Made by a program: the position numbers and the translations under genes
Part shown: piece by piece, positions 34,538 to 48,341 of the stretch
How positions within the stretch are numbered: the first letter of the stretch is position 1
Layout of the letters: each line of letters starts with the position of its first letter
The notes under the pieces: model-generated
The model's database searches: none
Seen by the model: only the letters and a program-made list of their open reading frames with translations
Told to the model about the DNA's origin: nothing
Assembly (NCBI RefSeq): GCF_009914755.1
Contig: NC_060934.1
Strand: one strand, 5' to 3'
DNA length: 64,000 bases
Source of the DNA: the human T2T-CHM13v2.0 reference genome, Homo sapiens

Positions 34538-35430
34538 AAATTCATGAAGGGAAAGAAAATATTCACACATTATGTATTTGGTAAGTAATTAATATCCGGG
34601 CTATATAAAGACCTCAGCAACAACAACAAAACAATCAAATTTAAACATGAGCAAAGGTTTTAAAATACACATTTCTCTAAAGAAGATATGCAAATGACCA
34701 GTAAGCACAGGATAAGGTGCTCAGCATCACTAATCATGAGAAAAAAGTAAATCCAAACCACAATGCAATACCAACTGACACATGTAAGCATAGCTGCCAT
34801 CAAAAAAACCCCACCAGCAAAGCAAAACAACAAAGCCCCAGAGAACAGCAAATGCTGGATGTGGAGAAGTCAGGACTCCTGCACACTGCTGGTGGGAAAG
34901 TAAGATGGCACAGCCACTGTGGAAAACAGTAATCACCATATGATCCAGTAATCCCACATCTGGGTATATACCCCAAAAAACTGAAAGTGGGAATTTGTAC
35001 ACCCATGTTTATAGCAGCATTCACAAGAGCCAAAGGGTAGAAAAAGCCCAAATCTCCATCTACAGATGAATGGATAAGCAAATATGATTGATACACACAA
35101 TATTATTCAGCCTTAAAAAGAAAAGAAATTCTAATACATGCTACAACATAAACCTTGAAAACATTAAAACAAAAAAATGCAAATACTCCATGCTTTCCAC
35201 TTTTATAGTGTACCTAGAGCAGTTAAATTCATAGACACAGAAAGTAGGATGTGGTTTCCAGGGGATGGGGGGAAGGGAAAGGGGAGCTATTGTTCCGTGG
35301 ATACAGAGTTTCACTTTGGGATGATAACACAGGTTTGGAATGGATACTGGTGATAGTTGCACAACAATGTATTTCTACTTAATGTACTTAAATTTTCTCT
35401 TATACATATTTCACCACAGAAAAAAAATTA
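34538..35430 (+). mobile_element. Old L1M 3' remnant, right part
   Basis: ORF2 end and L1MB-type 3'UTR (AAATTCATAGACACAGAAAGTAG, GATACAGAGTTTC, GGTGATAGTTGCACAACAATGT). Confidence 0.75.
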
Positions 35431-37669
35431 GCAAATATTTAAAAATCTACATGTTTCTTTGAACTGTTTCTTTACGTCCCTTGTCCATTTTTCAATTTGG
35501 CTGTTGGTCTTTTAATAATTTAGGATAGCTATATAGCTATATATATACATATATATTACACAAATTAGCTTTTTGTCTGTCATGTATGTTGCAGATCTGT
35601 TTCCCCAGTCTGTTGACTTTTGACTTTGATGCATTTTTCTTGCCTATAAAGTTTTAATTTTTGTGGAGTCAAATGCATCAGTCTTCTATTCAAAGACTTA
35701 TTTATGGGTTTGGTGTTTCAGTTTAGGATGAAAAAGAAGTTGTAGATATGGATAAAGGGGATGGTTGTACAACACATTATATTGGACCACTCAACTGTAC
35801 GTTTAAACATGGTTAAAATGGTAAGTTTTATATTGTATATATTTTACCACCAAAAAAGGGCCAGGCTTAGATGTTTATATGTTAGGGGTTTGGAGTACCT
35901 CTAACATTTATTCCCCTACAGGGCTCTAATTTATAAAACTCTCACACAAGAAAAGTAGATACTGACTTCACAAATCTCCTTACAAGTCCCACAGCAAGGG
36001 CTGTCTGGGAAAGCAGAGGTGGAAAAAGTCACATAAACTTGAGATCAGTGTGAGACCTCCCATCCCCCACTCTGGAATCAGATGGAGGAAGGCAGGCATG
36101 CAGGCTGAGCTGGAGAGATGAGCTGGGGTGGGCAGAACTGTCTTCCCATGAGCCTAGACCTTAAGTGCTCCCACATGATCTCAGGCATATATCAAACCAA
36201 GAAAGCGGCTAGGAGGGCAACACATCTACCTGTATACAGGGAGCTATGAAATATGTGAGCTGCGCAAGTGATGCACAAGGAAACGGAAGCAGTATGACCT
36301 TTACACAGTGACCTGGCTCAAATAATTTCAGGCTGTCATTAACCAGGCGAGCTCCACTTTCTCTCTGAGGTAGGTAAAATTGAGGGGGTAAAGTGGGAGT
36401 TGGGGAAAATGGAAAAGAAAGCCTGGTAGTATTTCTTCTAACTCTGTCATAAATAAAAAGTAAAACATAGATGCCATTTCTCAGGGCCCAAATGTTAGGT
36501 GAAAAAATGTTTGTCATCTCAGTCATGTGATGTGGACTTCAGCAGAGCAGTACACACATGGTCATTTATCCTTTCCCTCTGCATGTTGTGTGCTTTTTCA
36601 GTTTATAATGTACCTGATCCACTTGTCTCATCACACTAGCTGCAAACAAGGCCACTGAATGTCACAGCAGGTGGCCAGCATGTCTGTGAAGGGCAGAAAC
36701 TGGGGCAGCCAAACAGCTGGCAGAGGCCAGCTAGGAAGTACCTGATGCCCACTCCATAGAGGACTCCACACTTAAAAGACAAGATCAGCAAGTGTCAGGC
36801 TGCCTCACTAGTTATCCCCCCAAATAAAAAAATAAAAGTAACCCCTCCAGGGAACGTGTATGTGTACACACAAAAGTACATGCACACAGCTATATGCAAA
36901 CGGGAAAGGCTTGGAAGGAACCAAATCCACCTCTGAACACCAGTTACTTGTGGGGAAGGGGCAGGTGAAGCCAACTGTCAGCATTACTCACCTTTTCAAC
37001 TGATGAGCTTACATCAATTTTGGCAATTTCTCATAAAAAGGCAATTTTCACTCCTTGGGTGATCACCCAGGTCCTGCAGAACTGAGCCACCAACAACCAC
37101 CTGCACCACTTCCCATGAGGCCAAATAATGGCTTCCCTCAAAGCTCAGCCCTCCCACCCACCTCCCAGTCCTCTCCCACGCAGGGGGCTGCCGGCCTCCT
37201 GGGGTACAGGGGTCCAGGCCAAACCCAATCCACGCATGGTTGGTGAAACCAGCACGTATCCAAGGGCCTTTCCCCCACCTGGGCCATGTGCCCACTGCAT
37301 AGATAGGCCTGTGCTTGCTCCCCTAGGACAGAGACTCCCTTTTCTTCCATTGGAATGAGGAGTGGGGAGATTTGATGGTGTCCTGTACAGGTTGGGTGTT
37401 AATCTGATGTGGTGCTCTTGGAGAAGCTTGCTTGAGTTCGGCGCTTTCTCAGCACGTGGTGTGTGCTGCCCCTTCAAGCTGCAGGAGTCCCAGAAGGTAA
37501 GTGCTGCTGCAACCCCCATTTACTGGTGAACAGAGGTCAGGTGATCTGCAGCCAACCAAGCAGCTGCTAAGTGGCCAACAGGCTGGATCTGCATCTAACT
37601 TGCAGAGGCCCTGCCTGGATGCTGGGGCTGTCCTGAGACTCCCTCCTCCTCCTCCTCTTCCCTCCACAG

Positions 37670-39860
37670 CTCTCCTGGCTTCTATCCAAAGCTGTGTTCC
37701 AGGTGGGGAACACCTATGGATGCACCAGGGTGCAACTACTCAGAGTCCAGTGTGCAGAAGGGCCCCTGCTCTATGCTGTTTCCGTATCCAAGCCCAAGCT
37801 CTTCTAGAGCTTCAGCAAATCCAAGCCTCCCTGAATTCCCCGCAAGACCAAACAGCCCTACAACACCCACCACTCTGGTTAGCTGCCAGTCCCAGCCCCT
37901 GTTCCCTCCTGGGCCCCTGTCTGTACAGTTCTGAAGTCCTACAAGAATGTTGAGATCCTAAGCCGACTCTCACCCAAAGAGGTAAACAACCAGGGGCCTC
38001 CAGGTTGAGAGAATATACCCAGACAGGTTCTGCTGCCTGTAGGCTTGATGTCTTTCCCCTACAACACGCCTTGCTTGCCAGGCTGGAAGAGGGGCTCCAG
38101 AAACTTGGGAAACCTGGGCCTGTAGCTGGCATGTGGAAAAGAGGCCTGGAAAAGCACCATTCCTGTCCATGAAGCCCCCAGATGGAACCAGGTAATTGGG
38201 AAATACATGGGCACCAAGCCTGAACCCCCCTCAGACCCAGGTGGGAACTGCAGTGGTGACTTGCCCCCTCTGCCAGTCTGGCTGTACCACTACAGGAGGG
38301 AGGAACATCTAGCCCCACACGTGAGTGGAGACACCAGGTGTGGGCAGGTTCCAGTGGTTGCTGCAGCTGAACCCTCCTAACCAGGTCCATGCGAGACCAT
38401 CTCAGATGGGTGTGCACCTGGGTTGGGCAAGGACACCCCTCAGACAGTGAGAGCCACTGAGGAGGGCTGTCACAGAGGCCCCTTTTCCTGCTCTTAGAAC
38501 AGGTTGGGCGAGTATGGGGGAGTGTGGGGGAGTATGGGGGACCTCTCCCACCTCCCAGCTGCTTCCAGGAGCCACTTCTTTCGAGATGAGACTCTCCTGC
38601 CTGCCTGTTCCCATTTGGCTGCAATAGACCATTGACAACATTCAGAGAACAAGAAGGGGCCTCACCTGTTTTCCCTGACACGTAGGAGGCAGATGGGCAT
38701 TCCCAGGGGACCTGGGGTAGAGCCTGTTCATCTGCCCACCCCCAGGCTATGCTGGCTTCATCTTATCTGTGCGATAGGGCTGGGGGTGGGGGTGGGAATT
38801 ACCAGGAGACCATCACACAGGCCGTGGACAAGTTCTACAAGAGCCAGGGAGAACACTGTCCGTGCATGCGTCCCAGCACCCAGCTCACACATCTCTCATT
38901 TGACAGCTTCCCCAAAGCAGGCTTTGCAGTCCAGGCTCCCCAAGAAGCCAGGGGAGGAGACTCTGCCAGGCTGAAGGGTCTGTCCCCAAAGGTGCCACCC
39001 TCACCAGGCTCATCCTGACAATCTTGGATTATTTTTGCCCTGAAGTTTTGGAGTGGGGGACAGGGAGAGAGCAGACAGTACACATTAGCCACCTTTCCAG
39101 AGAGCATCAGCCCTCCAGACTGGGGCAGGTCAGACCTCCACTCAGGCATTTTTCTCACTGGTTGCCAGTTGGGGGAAGCAGTATTTGTGAGCACCTGCCT
39201 GTCTCCCCAGGTCCTGTTCAGAAACCCCATCTGTGCCTTTGGAGGGACTGCCCTGCGCACACAGGCCCAGCAACCACCATCTACGGCCCCCAGGACCTAA
39301 TCCCCTTCTACTTGGGATTCAGTGCATGTTAGCAGACACTGGGCTTGATTCCTGCCTAGTCCCTGCCAGATATCCCATGCCCACCTCATTAAGAGAATGA
39401 GGCCACACAAACACACCCAGGCCATCGTGATGATGGAGTGCCTGGGGTCCCACTTGCCCACCCTTCATTGCTGGTTCAGAGCCAGCTCTGACCACATTCC
39501 TACCCTGAGATGGGACTCTGGGGACATTGTCCACCAGGGTCACTGACCCCTTTTAACGTTCCAGAAACATGGCCAGCTGGTCCCCTAGAAGTTTGGTATA
39601 TGGGATAAGCCAAGGCTTGCCTTCAGCAACAGGTTTTCCACCACGTCACTGCCCAAGGCCCAGGGCATCCCCAAGTTCATGTGAAGCCTGCCTGCCATGT
39701 CCACAGCCCATACCGACCCCTCCTGGAGCCACTGGAATGCTTGTTCCTGGGCATGTGATGAACCCAGACAGCTTCCGCCTTGCAGGACAACTATGCGCAT
39801 CTGGCAGCAGTAGCCAGAGGGCCCATAGAAAGAAGATGGAGGCAAAACCAGATGCTGTGA
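37670..39860 (+). pseudogene. FAM166A (CIMIP2A)-like unprocessed pseudogene, five exon remnants
   Basis: Remnants match recalled FAM166A peptides: 37670-38191 (FQVGNTYG, SVQKGPCSML, ENIPRQVLLP), ~38282-38405 (LYHYRRE, GRFQWLLQLNPPN), 38746-38847 (GYAGFI, QAVDKFYKSQ), 39211-39327 (LFRNP, IYGPQDLIPFYLGF), ~39777-39860 (LQDNYA). Frameshifts, an in-frame stop and two mutated donors. First exon not located. Confidence 0.82.
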
Positions 39861-39866
39861 GAATAC

Positions 39867-39872
39867 TTTATT
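39867..39872 (-). terminator. TUBB8 polyadenylation signal AATAAA
   Basis: TTTATT on the plus strand, ~145 nt beyond the stop codon. Confidence 0.85.
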
Positions 39873-40017
39873 AGTCAAAACCGCATACTATAAAAATGCT
39901 TTAAAACGCAGCAGGAGATGTGAAGACACAAATTAACAAGCGTATAGTGACACATGGCTGTCAGAACACAGTAAAGAATCCACACTGCTTCCCCCCTTTA
40001 CCTAGAAAAGGAGAGTT

Positions 40018-42199
<2,182 letters not shown>

Positions 42200-42249
42200 G
42201 GCCAAGGCGGGATTAGGACGGCAGGAGAAACGTGAGAAGGAGGAGCTGA

Positions 42250-42460
42250 TGCGCAGCGACCCAGCCCGCCCTCCGCCAACGTTTAAATAGCCCCGCGCCC
42301 ACCTCCCTCCGCCTCGGATTCGGCTCCCAGAATAAGCAACAGCTTTACTTCCACACAGGTGCACCCACCTGTGAATCCCCTGGCGCTGAACATCTGTTGG
42401 AAAGCTCAGGTGTCCTTGCGTGGTCCTTTCCACGTTGGGGAAAGCTGCTCAGCTGGAGAA
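42250..42460 (-). promoter_or_regulatory. TUBB8 proximal promoter: TATA-like box, GC boxes and E-box cluster
   Basis: TATTTAAA at 42282-42289 (minus strand), GC-rich boxes, CANNTG at 42356, 42366, 42391, 42407 and 42450. Confidence 0.7.
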
Positions 42461-43930
42461 CTTCCTCCCGCGTCTTTAGTAAGACTAAATCCCTAGCTGA
42501 GCTGAAACTGAATTTTCCTCCCATGTGGGAGGGGAAGACTCTTGTTTCCATATGCACGGAGTGCCTTTGCACCTGTCCTAGATTGATGACATATTTTTGT
42601 AATTGATGAGTCTTTTCATCTATTAGGAGATCTGTGGTTAGGAAAGGCCTTCCACATGTGAACTCAACAGGACTCAATTATACGTTTTACTTTGGAGCAG
42701 TTCTAACCCACAATAAGCTATGGGTGTTAGAGACAGTCAGGCCTCTGATTTAGCTGGAGTCTTCTTTAGAGTAGGGTTAGCCCTTTCACCTTTCCAGAGG
42801 ACTGTGGTCTCCAGCAGAGTGAAGGTCATATTGGATTCTTAAAGCTGAGGACAGGTTTTGGGATACGCCTGCTGTGAAAGATGGGCCATTGTCACTTTGC
42901 AGGCTTTTGGATTACCCAAACTGAGGAGTTATTTCTTCTGGTAAACATTTTTCAGATGGGGTGGGGAATGTCTCGATCTAACCAGTGAAGGTGTCAGTAA
43001 GCATTAGCAAATATTTGAATCTCCTGCAGAAAGGCTTCCGGGTAAATTAGAGTGGCCAGTTCTCACCTGGATAGGTTCCTCAATTTTGGACAGGTTTAAC
43101 TGGAGAAGGAGAAAATTGCTGGCCATTTGAGTCATGTCAGGCACAAAGCTCACAGGGCTGAGTCACCTGTTTTAGTGTCTTGAAAAGATTTACCCCTATA
43201 AACAAATGAGACATTAACAGAAACAAAGAATCCCTTCTAGGGTGAAAAGAATCATGAAAGTGCTGAGTTATACTCCTGTGATTGGTACTTGGCATTAGTA
43301 ATTTATTACCATCATTCAGCCCGAGGGGCCCTGGACTGAAATGCAATCCCTGGCCCATTTTCGTTCTTCTTCAGGGTATTCTGGCCCAGTTCTATGTATG
43401 CTGACCAGCACGCCCACAAGCTTCATTGGCCCTTTCAGTGCAGGGGCCTTGGCTGCGGCATCTACAAGGGCATTTCCTTTTACATGGTCAATCTCTCTTT
43501 TGATGTCCTCTGCAATTAATTATACTCACTTTTTGGCAGCAAAGCAGCACTCTAACAAGCTCAAAATCTGAACGATGTTGTATGGAAAAGCCCTTGGGGG
43601 TCAGGAGTCCCCACCCCTTCCAAATTGCAGCATAAGCATGAAGCACTAAAAAATCATACTTGGAATCAGTGTAAATGTTAACTTTTAAATTCTTTCCCAA
43701 CTGCAGGGGCCTAGTTAGTTCAATTAACTCAGCTTTTTGAGCTGCTGAGGTCGAAGCCAGCAAGGCTTGTGCCTTGATTGATTCTCTTGTGCTAATAATA
43801 GCATATTTAGCCCTCCTGTTTTCCTGATGCATAAAACAACTTGCATCTGTTAACCACTCTTCCTTGGGATGGTCCAGGGAATCATCTCTCTTATGTCTGG
43901 CCTGCTAGAATCAATTTGTTTCATAACCTG

Positions 43931-44556
43931 TGACATGCTTTGGCTGTGTCCCCAGTCAAATCTTATCTTGAATTGTAGCTCCCCTAATTCCCATATATTG
44001 TGGGAGGGACCCAGTGGGAGGTAATTGAATCAGGGGATGGGTCTTTCCCATGCTGTTCTCATGACAGTGAATAAGCCTCATGAGATCTGATGGTTTATTT
44101 ATTTATTTATTTTTGAGACAGAGTCTTGCTCTGTTGCTCAGGCTGGAGTGCAACCTCTGACTGCTGGGTTCAAGCGATTCCTGTCTCAGCCTCCCGAGTG
44201 GCTGGGATTACAGGCGCCCACCACCATGCCTGTCTAATTTTTCTACTTTTAGTATAGACGAGGTTTCACCATGTCGGCCAGGCTGGCCTCAATCTCCTCA
44301 CCTCAGGTCATCCACTGCCTTGGACTCCCAAAGTGCTGGGATTACAGCTGATGATTTTACAAAGGGGAGTTTCCCTACACAAGCTCTTTTGCCTGCTGCC
44401 ATGTAGAAGATGTAACTTTGTTCCTCACCTGCCTTCTGCCATGAGTGTGAGGCCTCTCCGACCATGTGCAACTGTGAGTCAATTAAACCTCTTTTCTTTA
44501 TAAATTACCCAGCCTCAGATATGTCTTTATTAGCAGCATAAGAACAGACTAATACA
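43931..44556 (+). mobile_element. THE1 (MaLR) solo LTR inserted in the ERV pol
   Basis: TGACATGCTTTGGCTGTGTCCCC...ATTAAACCTCTT...GACTAATACA; 5-bp TSD (A/G)CCTG. Confidence 0.9.
44095..44347 (-). mobile_element. AluS inserted in the THE1 LTR
   Basis: Antisense Alu with (TTTA)n tail, flanked by CTGATGGTTT / CTGATGATTT. Confidence 0.88.
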
Positions 44557-45308
44557 GCCTGTATGCCAGAAAGACTAGAAGCACCTGTGGACTCTGACAG
44601 CTAAGTAGCTGGGTTTATGGCTTGGCAGGCTTTAAGGGTTGTGTCTGGAGGGTCGGTCTAGCAATAAGTCCTGACACTTTCATAAATATTCTATTATCCA
44701 CTGCTGCCCTTTACCTTCTAGGACCACCTTCCCTTGGTGTGGGGTCAAAAACCTGTAGGTGCTGTTCTAATGTTAGTTTATTATCTTTGCCAACTAGAAA
44801 AGTGGTAGCAGCAATAGCTCTAAGACATCAAGGCTAAAAGTCAGAGGATCGCTAAGGAAAGTAAAAGCTAAACTGTTTGGGGCCTCTTTCCTGGGGCTGC
44901 CTCCAGGCTACTGCAAAACGGAGGCGGTGAGCAGAAAGGCAACAATATGCAGAGCACTCAGGTGAGGGACAAAGAGCACAAGGTGGACAGTCCAAAAAGA
45001 GAAAGTGGCAAACATCTTGTTTAGCCAAATCCATTCTTCTCAATGTTCCCCAGGGCCTCTAACCCTGTGGGCTTGGCCTCTAATCTGAGTATGACACCCC
45101 CAGGTCTCTACTTTGGGCTGAGTCTCTCACCCTAATATTATACCCTAGGGCCTCTCACTTAAGTAATAGTGGGTAATCATTCTTGCCAACCTGAATGGCT
45201 TCATGACCCTAAAACACAGCCCACTTGCCAGCTAAATGATTCTATGTGGATTGTTTTCCTTGGAGTGGGGGTCTTGTCTTGGTGTCCCTTCATGGTGTTG
45301 CTGAAAGA

Positions 45309-45862
45309 TGTTGCTAGAAAAGAGGGTCCTGACACAGACCACAAAGTAGGATTCTTAGATCTTGTGCAGTAAAAAATTTGAGGTGAGTCAGAGAGCACAG
45401 TGAAAGAAGCAAGTTTATTAGAAATGACTCCATTACAGAGTTGGACATCCTCAGAAAACAAGAGCAGGAATGCATTGTCTTTTGTTAGTGTCTCTAACTA
45501 TAAAGAGAAAGAGTTATAATTAAACTTGGAAGGTGCAGATGTACTCATTAAAGTCGGGGCTATTCGTTTTAACAATGACCATTAACCCGTTGACCTAAGC
45601 TAGCTCGTTAATATTATCTTTAACAAAAAATGCTGCACTCCTAGGACATTTATACATTTTTCAGGCTTGGTGGAAGATGTCTTGTATGGCCATAAATATT
45701 CTGCAATTGTAATCTGTGGCCAGTAAAAAAATGTGGCTATTTTCAGACCATAGGTATTAACCTTCTAGATGCCTTGTGAGTACCTAGCTACTCATATTAA
45801 GATAGAGAATTCTAGTCATGTGTATTAAACTAGAAGCTTGGTAACCACGAGTTCCTCTAACA
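45309..45862 (-). mobile_element. ERV1 5' LTR (MER61/LTR9-like; family uncertain)
   Basis: TGTT...AACA termini, AATAAA on the minus strand, followed on the minus strand by a degenerate PBS-like CACCATGAAGGGAC and the internal sequence. Confidence 0.7.
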
Positions 45863-46077
45863 CAACAAGTATACTCCTCAAGGAGAAAATGTATTTCTCA
45901 GGAATTTTGTGCATTTTGTTTGATGGCATTTGGTATGTTTACCAAAATGGCAGAAAAGAGTGAAATTAGTACTCAAAGATTTCTCAGGATTGGACATAAA
46001 GTAAACAAAATGATTATAGTTAATATGCAAGTTGACACAGTTGATATGCAAAAGAAATTTTGTTTGAAACATGAGAT

Positions 46078-46386
46078 TTTTATTTTTATTTATTATTATT
46101 ATTTTGAGACAGAGTCTTGGTCTGTTGCCCAGGCTGGAGTGCAGTGCACCATCTTGCCTTACTGAAACGTCTGCCTCCCAGGTTCAAGTGATTCTCCTGC
46201 CTCAGCCTCCCAAGTAGCTGGGATTACAGGCATGAATCACCACACCCAGCTAATTTTTGTATCTTTAGTAGAAATGGGGTTTCACTCTGTTGGCCGGGCT
46301 GGTCTCAAACCCCTGACAACAAGTGATCTGCCCACCTTGGCCTCCCAAATTGCTGGGATTACAGGCATGAGCCACTGCTCCCAGCC
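46078..46386 (-). mobile_element. AluS element
   Basis: Full antisense Alu with a T-rich tail. Confidence 0.92.
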
Positions 46387-46707
46387 ACAATGAGGCTTTT
46401 AAATAATTCTGATTTCCTGCTGTTGAGCAGGGAGCTGAGCAAATTCAACAGATCATGAGCCTAAAGTAGAAGACTGAGGACAAACTCTAGAACACATGTG
46501 ATTAAATTAATTACAATGGAAACCAAATCAAATTTAGTAAGGCCATACCTCTTAGTTTCAAGATGTTTCCCCTCATTTTGAAATGTGGTGTTATTCAGTG
46601 GAAAAGAAAAACAGTGTTTATCTCCAGAGTAAAGAACAGGGTTCCCTGCAGGGACTGACTGACTGAGAGCTATGGCTCAGGATTAAAAATTCTTCTTTTT
46701 TCCACTT

Positions 46708-46845
46708 ATAAACAAAAAATTAATTTCTAAGCCCCTATTGACTAAATGGACACCTCTTCTTGGATAAGGACATTCCAAAATTAACCTGAAAAGCTACTTC
46801 AAGCCATGGGTCACACCTGCCTCATTAGACTCTCCTCCTTTTGGT
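46708..46845 (+). mobile_element. MER4-like LTR 5' fragment
   Basis: TATAAACAAAAAATTAATTTCTAAGCCCC...GGACATTCCAAAATTAACCTGAAAAGCTA resembles the recalled MER4 start. Confidence 0.55.
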
Positions 46846-47669
46846 TTTAATTGTAATTTTTAATTAATTTTTGTGGGTACATAGTTGGTGTATATATTTA
46901 TGGGGGTACATGACATACTTTGATACAGGCATGCAATCAGTAATACACAATAAAAAACAGGGTATCCATCCCCTCAAGCATTTATAGCTTGTTTTATAAA
47001 CAATCCAATTATACTATTTTAGTTTTTATAAAATGTATAAATTATTTTTTTACCATAATCACCCTGTTCTGCTACCAAATACTGTCTTATTCATTCTTTC
47101 TAACAATTTTTTGTACCCATTTCACATCCCCACTAACCCCGTTCCCCCACTGCCCTTCCCAGCCTCTGGTAACCAACCTTATACTCTCTATCTCTATGAC
47201 ATCAATTGTTTTGAATTTTAGCGCCCACAAACGAGTGAGAACATGTGACATTTGTCTTTCTGTGCCTGACTTATTTCACTTAACATAAAAACTTTCAGTT
47301 CCATTTCTGTTACTGCAAATGACAGACTCTCATTCTTTCTTATAGCTGAATAGTACTCCATTGTGTATATGTACCACATTTTCTCTATCCAGTCATCTGT
47401 TGATGGACATTTAGGTTTCTTCCAAATCTTGGCTATTAGCAACATTTGTTTTTGACTGACTTCTGGATAAAAGCCACCTTAACTGAGGTGAAATGATATC
47501 TCATTTTGGGTTTGATTTGCATTTCTATGATGATCAGTAATGTGGAGCACCTTTTTATTTGCCTATTTGCCACTTGTATGTCTTATTTTCATAAATGTCC
47601 AATTAAATTTTTGTCCACTCTTTTATTATATTTTTTTCTATAGAATGTTTTGAACTCAATATATTGTAG

Positions 47670-48341
47670 TGTATTAGTCTGTTTCTGCACTGCTATAAAA
47701 AAACTGAGACTGGGTTATTTATCTATTTATGTATTGAGATGAAGTCTTGCTCTGTCACCCAGGCTGGAGTGCATTGGTATGATCTCGGTTCACTGCAACC
47801 TCCACCTCCTGGGTTCAAGCAATTCTCTGCCTCAGCCTCTTGAGTAGCTGGGATTACAGGCACCTGACATGATGCCCAGCTAAGTTTTGTATTTTTAGTA
47901 GAGACGGCGTTTCACCATCTTGGCCAGGCTGGTCTTGAACTCCTGACCTCGTGATCCACCCACCGCTGCCTCCCAAAGTGCTGGGATTACAAGCATAAGC
48001 CACTGCGCCTGGCGAGACTGGGTAATTTATAAAGGAAATAGGTTTAACTGAGTCACAGTTCCACATGGCTGGGGAGGCCTCAGGAAACTTACAGTCATGG
48101 CGGACGAGGAAGCAGGCACCTCTTCCATGACAGCAGGCGAGAGAGCATATATGTGAAGCAAAGGGGGAAGAGCCCCTTATAAAAACATCAGATCTCATGA
48201 GAACTCACTCATTGTCAGAAGAACAACCTGGAGGGAACCAACCCCATGATCCAATCACCTTCTACCAGGTCTCTCCCTCAACACCTGGGGATTACAATTC
48301 AATATGAGATTTGGGTGGGGACACAAAGGCTAACCATATCA
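47670..48341 (-). mobile_element. THE1D/MST-like MaLR solo LTR
   Basis: TGTATTAGTC...GGCTGGGGAGGCCTCAGGAAACTTAC...GAGATTTGGGTGGGGACAC...ACCATATCA. Confidence 0.88.
47721..48013 (-). mobile_element. AluS inserted in the MaLR LTR
   Basis: TSD GAGACTGGGT(T/A)ATTT at 47706-47720 and 48014-48028. Confidence 0.9.

Larger units (their letters stand above)
42400..45308 (-). mobile_element. ERV1 (gammaretrovirus-like) internal sequence: leader, RT connection, RNase H and integrase remnants
   Basis: CLRAIAA (~44800); RNase H AQKAELIELTR and VNIYTDSKY (43488-43832); integrase LQSDNGPSFTA (~42870-42903) and C-terminal GRPFL...DLVLLKT (~42470-42677). Confidence 0.85.

Noticed and set aside
37812-38681. 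289-aa minus-strand ORF
   Set aside because: Antisense to the FAM166A-like pseudogene; no recognisable homology.
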